A stretch of DNA of 38,036 bases from an uncultured Phycisphaeraceae bacterium (GTDB lineage Bacteria > Planctomycetota > B15-G4 > JADJEK01). Positions 1-9,278 of the stretch are shown here, one piece after another. The notes under the pieces were generated by a model that was given only the letters and a program-made list of their open reading frames with translations, did no database searches and was not told where the DNA came from. The stretch lies in contig CAZYQW010000109.1 of assembly GCA_964649825.1 (NCBI GenBank), forward strand, positions 1 through 38,036, in the 5' to 3' direction. The position numbers were made by a program, and so were the translations under genes. Each line of letters begins with the position of its first letter. Position 1 is the stretch's first letter.

Positions 1-233
1 TTCTCCGGGGCCCTCGTCATCGCTTGCTGCGTTGCTCCTCCTCGACGTATCTCGAATACGCGGTCGTCGTCGCGCCTTGCCAGCGACGACGATGACCTCC
101 GGATAATCCACCAACAATCTGAATCACACCACTAGGCTCTCCGATCCGCGCCGCGCGGCCAGGACGCTCTTCGTCGGGATGACCGGTCCTCGATGGCGGC
201 GCGCATCGAATCCACCGGGAAGCGGACGGCAGC

Positions 234-3200
234 ATGACGGGTGACGCCAAGCAGGGCGCGGACGACGAGTCACGCGATCGCCTGGAGGCGTTGATCGCGG
301 CGTGCATCGAGCGCATGGACGAGGGCGACACCGCCTCCGTCACCGCGCTGCTGGATCGCGAGCCGGCGCTGGCCGACCGGGCGCGGGAGGTGCTCGCGTC
401 CCTGATGCATGTGGGAATGGTCGGCGCCGACCGCGTCGCGCCGGACCTCGAGGGGTCGCTCGGCGAGTACCGGCTGCTGCGGCGCCTCGGCTCGGGCGGG
501 ATGGGGACGGTCTACCTCGCGCGCCAGGAATCGCTCGGCCGGCTGGTGGCGGTCAAGGTCGCGCACGCCGAGGCCGACACCACCATCGAGGTCGAGCGCT
601 TCCGGCGCGAGGCGCGCGCGATCGCCTCGCTCCGCCACCCGAACATCGTCCACGTGTTCGGCGTCGGCGAGGTCGACGGGCGGCACTACCTCGCGATGGA
701 GTACATCCCCGGCCGCAGCCTCGCGGAGTGGATGAGGTCGGACCCGATCCCGGTGCCACGGGCGCTGGAGTGGATCCGCCGGATCGCCCTCGCGCTGCAC
801 GTTGCTCACGACAAGGGGATCGTCCACCGCGACGTCAAGCCGACGAACATCCTGATCGACGACCGCCTGCGGCCGTTGCTGGTCGACTTCGGGCTGGTGC
901 GCGAGGCGGGCGCCTCCGAGCTCACGCGCAGCGGGAGTTTCGTCGGCTCCCCGATGTACGCCGCCCCGGAGCAGATCGCCGGAAACGCCGCGATCGGACC
1001 GCGGAGCGACGTCTATTCGCTGGGCGTGACGCTGTACGAGCTCGTCGCCGGCCGTCCGCCGTTCGTTGGCGAGACCACCGAGCGGCTGTTCCACCAGATC
1101 CTGACCGCAACCGCGCCGGCGATCCGCGAACTCCGGCGCGACGTCTCGCGCGACCTGGAGGTCGTGATCCATCGTGCGATCGAGTGCGACCCCGCGCATC
1201 GGTACGCGAGCGCCGCGGAGTTCGCGCGCGACCTGGAGGCGTTGCTCGAGCTGCGCCCGATCGCCGCGCGGCCGCCGGGGCTCGCGCGGCGGGGGAGCCG
1301 CTTCCTCCGCGCGCACCCGGTTGCGAGCACCGCCGGCGCGGTGGCCGCGCTCGCGATCGCGGCGTTCCTCGCGGTCTCGCTGTGGCAGTCCGCGGCGGAG
1401 GCCCGGCGCCGGCGCGACCTCGCGCGGGAGGCGATGGATCGGGCGCGAGGCGAGCTCGCTCACGTCGACTCGGCGGGCGCCCCGCGCGCGGAGGACCTCG
1501 CGGCGCGCCGCGATCGCCTCGCGCTCCGCTATCAGCCGGACGAGGCGTGGGACGCCCTCGACCGCGCGGCCCACGCGCTCCATGTCCACACGGACCGGGC
1601 CGAGACACGACTGGCGGGCGCGCTGCGGGATCTCGATCGCGCGGAGCAGCTCGGCGCCGCGCGCGCGTCCGTCGACGAGCTGCGCGCGCTCGTCCACCTC
1701 GAGCGCTGGCGCTTGTCGCGGCGGGCCGGGGAGCGCCGCGCGAGCGACTACTACCGGCGACAGATCGAGCGGTACGACGCGGCGGGCAGACACCGGGCGG
1801 AGCTGCTCGGACTCGGCGCGGTGCGGTTCGACAGTGATCCGCCGGGAGCGGACGTGTTCCTCTTCCGGCTGGTCGACCGGATGCAGTTCGACGCCGAAGG
1901 GGAGTCGCGGCTTGTGCCGACCCCGAACCGCGAGGGAGATCCACCCGTCGCGCCGGGAGCGCTGTGCATGCGGGTGTGGCGGGACGCGCCTCCGCTCCGC
2001 GAGTCGGACCTCGTCGTCGAGGTCGCCGGCGTCCCGGTCGATGGCGCGGTCGTCGTCGTGCGGGGGGACGGAGCCGGCGTCGAGCCGGGCGATCTCCTGG
2101 CAACCGTCGACGGCGTCGCGGTCCGGTCGACGGAGGACGCGAGCCTCCGGATCGTCACGAAGGCGACGTCGGGCGGGAGCGTCCCGGGCGATGGTCCGGA
2201 GAGCGAGGTGGGCTTTGTCGGCCGTGACGGGCGGCAGGTGACGCGACGCTGCCGCCACATCAGGGAACTCGGGATCGGAGCGCTCGATGCGCGCTCGCTC
2301 GCGGAGCGCGGAGACGTCGACGCGGTCGTGCTGCGCGACGGCGAGCGTGTGCTCCTGCGGCTGCCGCACGACCCTCCGCTGCGCGCGACGACCTCCCCGC
2401 TCGCGATGAGCCCGGAGTGCCACGCTGCGTCCACGCCGGCCGAAGCCATCGACCTGCAGGAGGGGCCCTGGATCGCGGTGTTCCGCGCCAATGAGCGCCA
2501 TCACGCCGTCGTGCCGTTCGACGTCGTCGCCGGAGCGGAGACCGAGGTCGCCGCGGACCTGATTCCGGTGGGCGGGATCCCGGGCGGGTTCGTGGCGATC
2601 ACCGGTCGGAGCGAGGCGGTGGAGACCCCGTTCTTCCTGCAGGAGCACGAGGTCACCTTCGAGCAGTACCTCCCGTTCCTCAACGACCCGGAGATCCAGG
2701 CGGAGATCGACGCGTCCGCGACGCCGATCCTCTATCCGCGCGAGCTGGACAACGCGCGGAGCGTCGGCTTTCTCGCGCGCGAGGCGGACGGCCGGTTCGT
2801 CCCGCGGTTTCCGCAGCAGGCGAAGCTGCCGCTGCCCGGCGTCTCCTACAAGGACGCGACGGCCTTCGTGAGCTGGATGAACCGGCGCGCGGAGGGCGTC
2901 GGGGCCCCTTGGCGGTTCGACCTGCCGACCCTCGCCGAGGTCGACCACGTCCGACAGGCGTCGCGATACCGCGCGTACCCGACCGGTCCGTCCTTCCGGC
3001 CGCACTGGTTCAACGGGTATTTCACCGGACCGGAGGCTTCGCTGCGTCCGGTGTTCTGGACGCCGCAGGACGAGGTGCCGCCCGGGGTCTTCAACCTCGC
3101 GGGCGGCGTCTCGGAGTGGGTGAAGGACTGGTACGACGAGGGGAACCGGCTGCGCGTGACGATCGGCGGGAGCTGGATGAGCACTGATCCGCACGAGTTC

Positions 3201-3281
3201 CGGCTGGATCATCGCGGGTTCCTCGGCGAAGACACATACGCCAACAAGTGGGGCTTCCGGCTCGTCGCGCGCCCTCGCTGA
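234..3281 (+). CDS. Transmembrane Ser/Thr protein kinase with C-terminal formylglycine-generating-enzyme (FGE/SUMF1-like) domain
   Basis: N-terminal Hanks kinase motifs (GSGGMGTVYLA, VAVK, HRDVKPTNILID, DFGLVRE, APE). One TM helix near aa 365-390. C-terminal region matches the FGE-sulfatase fold (GVFNLAGGVSEWVKDWY ... GGSWMSTDPHEFRLDHRGF). Conserved STK N-terminal helix motif shared with the kinase at 33907-36804. Confidence 0.85.
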   Translation: MTGDAKQGADDESRDRLEALIAACIERMDEGDTASVTALLDREPALADRAREVLASLMHVGMVGADRVAPDLEGSLGEYRLLRRLGSGGMGTVYLARQESLGRLVAVKVAHAEADTTIEVERFRREARAIASLRHPNIVHVFGVGEVDGRHYLAMEYIPGRSLAEWMRSDPIPVPRALEWIRRIALALHVAHDKGIVHRDVKPTNILIDDRLRPLLVDFGLVREAGASELTRSGSFVGSPMYAAPEQIAGNAAIGPRSDVYSLGVTLYELVAGRPPFVGETTERLFHQILTATAPAIRELRRDVSRDLEVVIHRAIECDPAHRYASAAEFARDLEALLELRPIAARPPGLARRGSRFLRAHPVASTAGAVAALAIAAFLAVSLWQSAAEARRRRDLAREAMDRARGELAHVDSAGAPRAEDLAARRDRLALRYQPDEAWDALDRAAHALHVHTDRAETRLAGALRDLDRAEQLGAARASVDELRALVHLERWRLSRRAGERRASDYYRRQIERYDAAGRHRAELLGLGAVRFDSDPPGADVFLFRLVDRMQFDAEGESRLVPTPNREGDPPVAPGALCMRVWRDAPPLRESDLVVEVAGVPVDGAVVVVRGDGAGVEPGDLLATVDGVAVRSTEDASLRIVTKATSGGSVPGDGPESEVGFVGRDGRQVTRRCRHIRELGIGALDARSLAERGDVDAVVLRDGERVLLRLPHDPPLRATTSPLAMSPECHAASTPAEAIDLQEGPWIAVFRANERHHAVVPFDVVAGAETEVAADLIPVGGIPGGFVAITGRSEAVETPFFLQEHEVTFEQYLPFLNDPEIQAEIDASATPILYPRELDNARSVGFLAREADGRFVPRFPQQAKLPLPGVSYKDATAFVSWMNRRAEGVGAPWRFDLPTLAEVDHVRQASRYRAYPTGPSFRPHWFNGYFTGPEASLRPVFWTPQDEVPPGVFNLAGGVSEWVKDWYDEGNRLRVTIGGSWMSTDPHEFRLDHRGFLGEDTYANKWGFRLVARPR

Positions 3282-3304
3282 CGAGGGCTTCCGGCTCGTC
3301 GCGC
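3252..3304 (+). repeat. Direct duplication (2 x ~20 bp, ggcttccggctcgtcgcgcg) spanning the kinase stop codon
   Basis: The last codons of the kinase gene (WGFRLVARPR*) are repeated immediately after the stop. Confidence 0.5.
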
Positions 3305-3352
3305 GTCCCCGCGGATCGGGTCCGGCGCTACAATCGCGCCACGAGGTGCTCG

Positions 3353-3943
3353 ATGGTCGAAGGCGCGGAGTTCGAGCGGCGGTTCCGGCGGGCGAAGCGC
3401 GGCGACGCCGAGGCCCGGCGCGAGCTCCTGGAGGACGAGATCACCCGTCTCCGCGCGTACGTCCGCCTCAAGACCGGCCCCGCGATCCGCGCGCGCGAGT
3501 CCTGTTCCGACCTCGTGCAGTCGGCGTGCCGCGAGGCGCTGGAGGGCATCGATCGGATCGAGTGCGAGAACGCGCCCGCGTTCCGGCAGTGGCTGTTCCA
3601 GGTGGCCCTGAACAAGATCCGCCACCGCGCGGAGTACTGGGGCGCCGATCGCCGTGATCGGGCGCACGAGGAGCGGATGGGCGCCGCCGACGCGGAGGCG
3701 CTGTGGGCGACGTACGGCGGCGGCGACTCTCCCAGTCGGCACGCCTCCGCGCGCGAAGGCGTCGAGCGCATCGAGGCCGCGATGGACCGGCTGTCGGAAG
3801 AGCACCGCGAGATCATCGTCCAGGCGCGGATCCTCGGTCGCCCGCACCGCGACATCGCACGCGAGACCGGACGATCGGAGGAGGCCGTCCGTCAGCTCCT
3901 CGCCCGCGCGAGGGCGAGGCTCGGCATGTTGATGCTGGAGTGA
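3353..3943 (+). CDS. ECF-type RNA polymerase sigma-70 factor (STK-associated ECF family)
   Basis: Sigma-70 region 2 (LVQSACREALEGIDR..FRQWLFQVALNKIRHR) and region 4 HTH (EEHREIIVQARILGRPHRDIARETGRSEEAVRQLLARAR). Sits downstream of the kinase on the same strand. Confidence 0.85.
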   Translation: MVEGAEFERRFRRAKRGDAEARRELLEDEITRLRAYVRLKTGPAIRARESCSDLVQSACREALEGIDRIECENAPAFRQWLFQVALNKIRHRAEYWGADRRDRAHEERMGAADAEALWATYGGGDSPSRHASAREGVERIEAAMDRLSEEHREIIVQARILGRPHRDIARETGRSEEAVRQLLARARARLGMLMLE

Positions 3944-4339
3944 CCCTCGCGCCGTCGGCGGCGGCGAAGAAGACCCACGAGATCCAGATCGCCGAAGCGC
4001 TGGAGGAACACCGCGTGGTCGAGGAGTTCGTCCTGCCGGACCTGGAGAAGACCGAACCCGCGGCCATCGATTTCAGCGGCCGCGCCAAGGTCCTGAAGGA
4101 CCTGGTCACCGACCACGCCGAGGAGGAGGAGGAGGAGGAGGAGGAGGAGGAGGAGCGGCCGTTCGGCGGTCGTCGGGCCCTCGACTCGATGCGCCGCGCG
4201 GGCCGTTGCCGCGGCCGTGATCGGCGAGGACGGCGCCCGGGCGCCGAGCTTCGAACCACGCTGGAGGCGACGCTCCGGCTGACGCTCGCTACCATGGCGA
4301 CGTGCGCGAACCGTCTTCGTCCAATCTGCGGGGCCCGAG
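3940..4339 (+). CDS. Orphan acidic ORF with poly-Glu tract; start overlaps sigma stop (GTGA); no in-frame stop before ftsH (3' end undefined)
   Basis: Strong GC3 coding signal in VTLAPSAAAKKTHEIQIAEALEEHRVVEEFVLPDLEKTEPAAIDFSGRAKVLKDLVTDHAE(E)12. The frame stays open to 5106, overlapping ftsH out of frame, so the true C-terminus is unclear. Possible frameshift or pseudogene. Confidence 0.3.
4120..4155 (+). repeat. (GAG)12 trinucleotide repeat encoding a Glu12 tract
   Basis: Perfect 36-nt GAG repeat seen directly in the sequence. Confidence 0.9.
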
Positions 4340-6241
4340 GTGAATCTGAATCAGAAGACTCGCTTCAACGTCGGCTACGTCCTGTTCGCGATCCTGGGAA
4401 TCCTGCTCCTCCAATCGTTCTTCAACGAGTTCGCCAAGGTCCGTTCGATCAGCTACAGCGACTTCGATCAACTGCTGAAGGACGGCAAGGTCGAGGAGGT
4501 CATGGTCTCCCCCGACGAGATCCGCGGACGACTCAAGGAGAAGGTGGAGGGCAAGGAGTACTTCGTCACCACGCGGGTCCCGCTCGACGTCGCGGACCGC
4601 CTGGAGCAGCACCAGGTCGAATACACGGGCGAAGTCCCGAGCCATTTCCTGGCCACGCTGCTCTCGTGGTTGCTGCCGGTGCTGCTCTTCGTCGGCATCT
4701 GGGTCTTCATGATGCGACGGATGGGGACGGGCGGGTCGCAGCTCCTCTCGATCGGCAAGAGCAAGGCGAAGGTGTACGTCGAGACCGACACGAAGGTCAC
4801 GTTCTCCGACGTGGCCGGCGTCGACGAGGCAAAGGCGGAGCTTCAGGAGACGGTGGAGTTCCTGCGGAACCCGGCCGGCGCGGGGCGGCTCGGCGGGCGC
4901 ATGCCGAAGGGGATCCTCCTCGTCGGTCCGCCGGGGACGGGGAAGACGTTGCTCGCTCGCGCGGTAGCCGGCGAAGCGGGCGTTCCGTTCTTCTCGATCA
5001 GCGGGTCGGAGTTCGTCGAGATGTTCGTCGGCGTCGGGGCGGCGCGGGTCCGCGACCTGTTCCAGCAGGCCGCCCTCAAGGCACCGTGCATCATCTTCAT
5101 CGATGAGCTCGACGCGCTCGGCCGAGCGCGCGCGGGGATGGCGGGAATGGGCGGTCACGACGAGAAGGAGCAGACGCTGAACCAGCTCCTCGTCGAGCTC
5201 GACGGGTTCGACCCGTCCACCGGGATCGTGATCCTGGCCGCGACCAATCGGCCCGAGATCCTCGACCCGGCGCTCCTGCGCGCGGGACGCTTCGACCGCC
5301 AGGTGCTCGTCGATCGTCCCGACAAGCTCGGTCGCGCCGCGATCCTGCGCGTCCACCTGAAGCGGATCAAGGCAGCGAACGACCTCGACGTCGAGCAGAT
5401 CGCGGCGCTGACCCCGGGGTTCACCGGCGCCGATCTCGCCAACCTCGTGAATGAGGCGGCGCTCGCCGCCACGCGGCGCAACGCCCAGTACGTCGAGATC
5501 GAGGACTTCACCGTCGCGGTCGAGCGCATCGTGGCCGGGCTCGAGAAGAAGAGCCGCATCCTGAACGAGCTGGAGCGGCGCGTGGTCGCCCATCACGAGA
5601 TGGGGCACACCATCGTCGCGCAGGCGCTGCCCGGCTGCGATCCCGTCCACAAGGTCTCGATCATCCCGCGCGGGATCGGCGCCCTCGGCTACACGCTTCA
5701 ACGCCCCACCGAGGACCGCTATCTGATGACGCGGGACGAGATGGAGAACCGGATGACGGTGATGTTGGGTGGTCGCGCCGCCGAGATGATCGTCTTCGAT
5801 CACCACTCGACCGGCGCGGCCGACGACCTCGCGCGGGTCACCGATCTGGCGCGCAGCATGGTCGCCCGCTACGCCATGGAGCCATCGCTGGGGCCGATCG
5901 TCTACGACGTGGATCCACAGCCCCGCTTCCTCGGCGACGGGCTCGGCGGAGGACGCGGGAACACCTTCTCCGAAGAGACCGCGCGCGCGCTCGATCACGC
6001 CGTCCGCGCGCTGGCCGAACGCGCGTTCGAGCGCGCCCTGACGATCCTGCGGCGGAACCGGGCCCTCCTCCTCGAGGCGGCGGCCCAGCTCCAGCGCGAC
6101 GAAGTGCTCGAAGGTCCAGCGCTGAAGAGGATCCTCGATCGCGTGACCGTGGAGGGATCCGTTCGGCCCGGCGCGGACGTCGACGAGACCAGCGCATCCG
6201 ACCCCACGGGAATGACTCGACGAACCTCGGATCCTCTTTGA
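4340..6241 (+). CDS. ftsH: ATP-dependent zinc metalloprotease FtsH
   Basis: GTG start 5 nt after a GAGG. N-terminal TM helices. AAA+ Walker A (GPPGTGKT) and Walker B (IIFIDELD). SRH region ([19 protein letters not shown]). HEMGH zinc motif. Confidence 0.95.
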   Translation: MNLNQKTRFNVGYVLFAILGILLLQSFFNEFAKVRSISYSDFDQLLKDGKVEEVMVSPDEIRGRLKEKVEGKEYFVTTRVPLDVADRLEQHQVEYTGEVPSHFLATLLSWLLPVLLFVGIWVFMMRRMGTGGSQLLSIGKSKAKVYVETDTKVTFSDVAGVDEAKAELQETVEFLRNPAGAGRLGGRMPKGILLVGPPGTGKTLLARAVAGEAGVPFFSISGSEFVEMFVGVGAARVRDLFQQAALKAPCIIFIDELDALGRARAGMAGMGGHDEKEQTLNQLLVELDGFDPSTGIVILAATNRPEILDPALLRAGRFDRQVLVDRPDKLGRAAILRVHLKRIKAANDLDVEQIAALTPGFTGADLANLVNEAALAATRRNAQYVEIEDFTVAVERIVAGLEKKSRILNELERRVVAHHEMGHTIVAQALPGCDPVHKVSIIPRGIGALGYTLQRPTEDRYLMTRDEMENRMTVMLGGRAAEMIVFDHHSTGAADDLARVTDLARSMVARYAMEPSLGPIVYDVDPQPRFLGDGLGGGRGNTFSEETARALDHAVRALAERAFERALTILRRNRALLLEAAAQLQRDEVLEGPALKRILDRVTVEGSVRPGADVDETSASDPTGMTRRTSDPL

Positions 6242-6317
6242 GATCGTCCGCGGCGGTTGAGAGGATGCGCGCCCTGGTAGGGCATCACGGGTCGAGCCGC
6301 GTGGCGCGGGAGGGAAC

Positions 6318-6848
6318 GTGAACGGACCTCGAACGAACGGCTCCCGGCGATCGCGGCGCACCACGCTCGTCGTGGCGTTGCTCGCGGGGCTGGCTGGAAT
6401 GGCCGCGTACGCGTTCCACTACGCCGAGGGGAGCTCCTATCTGAGCACCGATCCACGCGCGTGCACCAACTGCCACATCATGCAGTCGCAGTTCGATTCC
6501 TGGCAGAAGGCGAGCCATCACACCGCCGCGACCTGCGTCGACTGCCACCTTCCGGCGGAATTCCCGGAGAAGTACTTCGCCAAGGCGAAGAACGGCTGGA
6601 ACCACTCGAAGGCGTTCACGCTGCAGAACTTCCACGAGCCCATCCGCATCACCGAACCGAACGCCGAGATCCTCCAAGACAACTGCCTCAGATGCCACGG
6701 AGGAATCACCAGCGACATGGTCGCGGGCGCGACGACGCACGCCGACGCGGTTCGCTGTGTGCACTGTCATCGAACCGTCGGCCACGGGGAACCGGTCGGC
6801 CTCGGCGGACCGTTCGATCGCACCGAGATTCCAGAGGAAGACGAATGA
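6318..6848 (+). CDS. nrfH: Cytochrome c nitrite reductase small subunit NrfH (NapC/NirT-family tetrahaem quinol dehydrogenase)
   Basis: N-terminal TM helix. Four CxxCH haem motifs (CTNCH, CVDCH, CLRCH, CVHCH). GTG start after GAGGGAA. Stop overlaps the nrfA start (ATGA). Confidence 0.9.
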   Translation: MNGPRTNGSRRSRRTTLVVALLAGLAGMAAYAFHYAEGSSYLSTDPRACTNCHIMQSQFDSWQKASHHTAATCVDCHLPAEFPEKYFAKAKNGWNHSKAFTLQNFHEPIRITEPNAEILQDNCLRCHGGITSDMVAGATTHADAVRCVHCHRTVGHGEPVGLGGPFDRTEIPEEDE

Positions 6849-8284
6849 CACGATCATCGACTCGCGGCACGGTTTCCCCGCTCACCCTGTTCATCATCGT
6901 CGTCGCCGCCGCCCTCGGGGCGGCGGGCGCGCTTCTCATCGCGAACATCGCCGAGCGCAAGGCCGAGTCGAGGGCGACGCACGTCCGGGTGCGCGACGTC
7001 ACGGAGGACACGACCGATCCCGCGGTGTGGGGCGAGAACTGGCCGAAGCAGTACGACGCCTACCAGCGCACCGCGATCGCGACGCGCACGCGCTTCGGCG
7101 GACACGGCGGCAGCGAGGCGATGCCCGAGGAGAAGATCGACCGCGACCCGTGGCTGAAGCGGATGTTCCTCGGCTACGCCTTCTCGATCGACTATCGCGA
7201 CCGGCGCGGACACGCGTTCATGCTGCACGACCAAGAGCAGACGAAACGGCTGAACGTGCCGCAGTCCGGATCGTGCCTCCACTGCCACGCGTCGGTGATG
7301 CCGCTGTATCGCTCTCTCGGCGACGGCGACGCGATGAAAGGGTTCGAGAAGACGTACGAGATGTCGTACCAGGAGCTGAGCCAGAAGCTCCACGACGACG
7401 GGCACGCGCATCCGGTGTCGTGCGTCGACTGCCACGATCCCGACTCGATGCAGATCCGCGTCACGCGACCCGGGTTCGTCCACGCGATCCAGGCGCTGGC
7501 CGCGAGCGACGCGCCGACCCCGCACCTCCCCTCGATCGATCGGTGGCGCGCGGGGCCGCGGTCCTCGCCGTACGATCCGAACCAGGACGCATCGAGGCAG
7601 GAGATGCGCAGCTTCGTCTGCGGGCAGTGCCACGTCGAGTACTACTGCTCGACCAAGTTCAAGCTCACGTTCCCCTGGGCGCGCGGCTTGACCGTCGAGG
7701 ACGCCGAAGCGGTCTGGAACGAGACGCGCTTCAGCGACGGCGGTCGCTTCTACGATTACAAGCACAAGGAGACGGGGGCCGAGATCCTCAAGGCCCAGCA
7801 CCCCGAGTTCGAGCTCTGGAGCCAAGGGATCCACGCTCGAAGCGGCGTCGCGTGCGCGGACTGTCACATGCCGTATATGCGCGAAGGCGCGACCAAGATC
7901 TCCGACCATTGGGTCCGCAGCCCCCTTCTGAACATCAATCGCGCGTGCCAGACCTGCCACCACTTCTCGGAGGACGAGATCTCGAAGCGCGTCGACCTGA
8001 TCCAGTCGAAGAACCACGAGCTGCTGCAGCGCGCCGGCGCCGCTCTGATGGACCTCCTCGACGCGATCCTCGAGGCGAAGGAGGCGGGCGCCGACGCGAA
8101 CGCCCTCCTCCCCGCCCTCGAGCTCCAGCGCAAGGCGCAGTGGCGGCTCGACTTCATCGCGGCCGAGAACTCGATGGGCTTCCACGCCCCCCAGGAAGCG
8201 GCCCGCATCCTCGGCGAATCCGCGGACTACGCTCGCCAGGGTCAAGTGGCGGCGTTACGCGCGAAGGCGGCAGCCGGACGCTGA
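6845..8284 (+). CDS. nrfA: Cytochrome c nitrite reductase catalytic subunit NrfA (pentahaem, ammonia-forming)
   Basis: Signal/TM anchor. Five haem motifs, all CxxCH (CLHCH, CVDCH, CGQCH, CADCH, CQTCH), with no CxxCK. Typical NrfA blocks (KxRH-type active-site region; [12 protein letters not shown]). Confidence 0.9.
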   Translation: MTRSSTRGTVSPLTLFIIVVAAALGAAGALLIANIAERKAESRATHVRVRDVTEDTTDPAVWGENWPKQYDAYQRTAIATRTRFGGHGGSEAMPEEKIDRDPWLKRMFLGYAFSIDYRDRRGHAFMLHDQEQTKRLNVPQSGSCLHCHASVMPLYRSLGDGDAMKGFEKTYEMSYQELSQKLHDDGHAHPVSCVDCHDPDSMQIRVTRPGFVHAIQALAASDAPTPHLPSIDRWRAGPRSSPYDPNQDASRQEMRSFVCGQCHVEYYCSTKFKLTFPWARGLTVEDAEAVWNETRFSDGGRFYDYKHKETGAEILKAQHPEFELWSQGIHARSGVACADCHMPYMREGATKISDHWVRSPLLNINRACQTCHHFSEDEISKRVDLIQSKNHELLQRAGAALMDLLDAILEAKEAGADANALLPALELQRKAQWRLDFIAAENSMGFHAPQEAARILGESADYARQGQVAALRAKAAAGR

Positions 8285-8305
8285 CGCGGCGGGCGCCGAC
8301 GGTGC

Positions 8306-8328
8306 GAAGGGAGCATCCACGCTCCTTC
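8306..8328 (+). terminator. Candidate stem-loop terminator downstream of nrfA
   Basis: Inverted repeat gaagggagc-atccac-gctccttc, 22 nt after the nrfA stop. No T-tract, which is common in high-GC genomes. Confidence 0.3.
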
Positions 8329-8394
8329 CCCGCCGCGCCGTGAAGTGCCAGAATCCCCGCTCGTCGACCCTACGGCTCTCACGACAAGGAGAAA

Positions 8395-8967
8395 ATGGAA
8401 ATGGTGGCTCTCGCCGACCTCTGGCTCCCGATCCTGCTCTCGGCGGTGTTCGTGTTCATCGCGAGCTCGATCCTCCACATGGTGATCCCGATCCACAAGA
8501 GCGACCACAAGAAGCTGGAGAAGGAGGATGAGGTCCGCGCCGCGATGCGCTCGGCCGGCGTGCGGCCCGGCGAGTACATGTTTCCTTCCGCGTGCTCGAT
8601 GAAGGAGATGGGCTCGCCCGAGATGCGCGCGAAGCTCGAGCAGGGACCGGTGGGGTTCCTCGTGGTGGTGCCCAATGGTGGGGTCAACATGGGCAAGTGC
8701 CTCGGGCTCTGGTTCGTCTACACCATCGTGATCAGCGTCTTCGTCGCGTACATCGGCTCGCTCTCTCTGCCCCTCGGCGCGGACGGCGCCAAGGTATTCC
8801 GCGTGACCGGCGCGGTCGCGATCCTCGGTTACGCGTTCTCGAACGTGACGAACTCCATCTGGAAGGGCTCGAGCTGGGTCACGACCGCGAAGTTCGTGTT
8901 CGACGGGATCATCTACGGGTTGATCACCGCCGGCACGTTCGTCTGGCAGTGGCCGGAGATCGGTTGA
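8395..8967 (+). CDS. Hypothetical small integral membrane protein
   Basis: GGAG 6 nt upstream of the ATG. 3-4 predicted TM helices. Lys-rich linker (HKSDHKKLEKEDE). Locally lower GC than neighbouring genes. Confidence 0.6.
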   Translation: MEMVALADLWLPILLSAVFVFIASSILHMVIPIHKSDHKKLEKEDEVRAAMRSAGVRPGEYMFPSACSMKEMGSPEMRAKLEQGPVGFLVVVPNGGVNMGKCLGLWFVYTIVISVFVAYIGSLSLPLGADGAKVFRVTGAVAILGYAFSNVTNSIWKGSSWVTTAKFVFDGIIYGLITAGTFVWQWPEIG

Positions 8968-8978
8968 CCGCGGCTCGC

Positions 8979-9278
8979 ATGGATCGACGGTTCGCCTACC
9001 TCGCTGCGTTGCTCGCCGCCGGTGCCGCGGCCGTCGTCGCCTTCGATGGCTCGACGTCCCGGCGCAGCAATCGCGTCGACGTCTTGATCGAGGGCTACGT
9101 CCGTCCGATCGACGGGCGCGAGTTCCTGCCGGGGGCGACGGATCACGGCGCCCGCCGCGTCGCGAGCACGATCGGGCTCGTCCGCGCTCCCGGCGTCACG
9201 CTCGGCGGCTACCGCTCCGCGCCGTTCGCGCCGGCGACACGGTGGAACTGGGCGTCCCGACCGAACCGGGCCCGGTAG
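8979..9278 (+). pseudogene. Possible truncated ORF (signal peptide + MBL-fold-like N-terminal strand) overlapping the galK 3' end
   Basis: MDRRFAYLAALLAAGAAAVVA signal-like N-terminus. ...STIGLVRAPGVTL resembles the first beta-strand of metallo-beta-lactamase-fold proteins but breaks off. 70-nt convergent overlap with galK. Confidence 0.2.

Noticed and set aside
270-3212. 980-aa minus-strand ORF antisense to the kinase gene. Similar long antisense ORFs lie at 4289-6364(-), 6854-8245(-), 11593-13749(+), 14577-17171(+), 17968-20052(-), 18471-20507(+), 20354-22429(+), 23677-25689(+), 25577-27532(+), 28743-30038(-), 34057-35370(+) and 35374-37041(+).
   Set aside because: High GC removes stop codons from antisense frames. 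Their translations are Arg/Pro/Gly-rich and low-complexity. They lack motifs and overlap well-supported genes with clear domain signatures.
4340-4340. Extending ftsH upstream to an earlier start.
   Set aside because: An in-frame TGA lies at ~4283-4285. GTG 4340 is preceded by GAGG and gives the canonical FtsH N-terminal TM helix.
3703-5106. 467-aa plus-strand ORF spanning sigma 3' end to mid-ftsH.
   Set aside because: Only the segment 3940-~4160 has convincing coding character, and it is reported separately. The rest is Arg/Gly-rich and overlaps ftsH out of frame.
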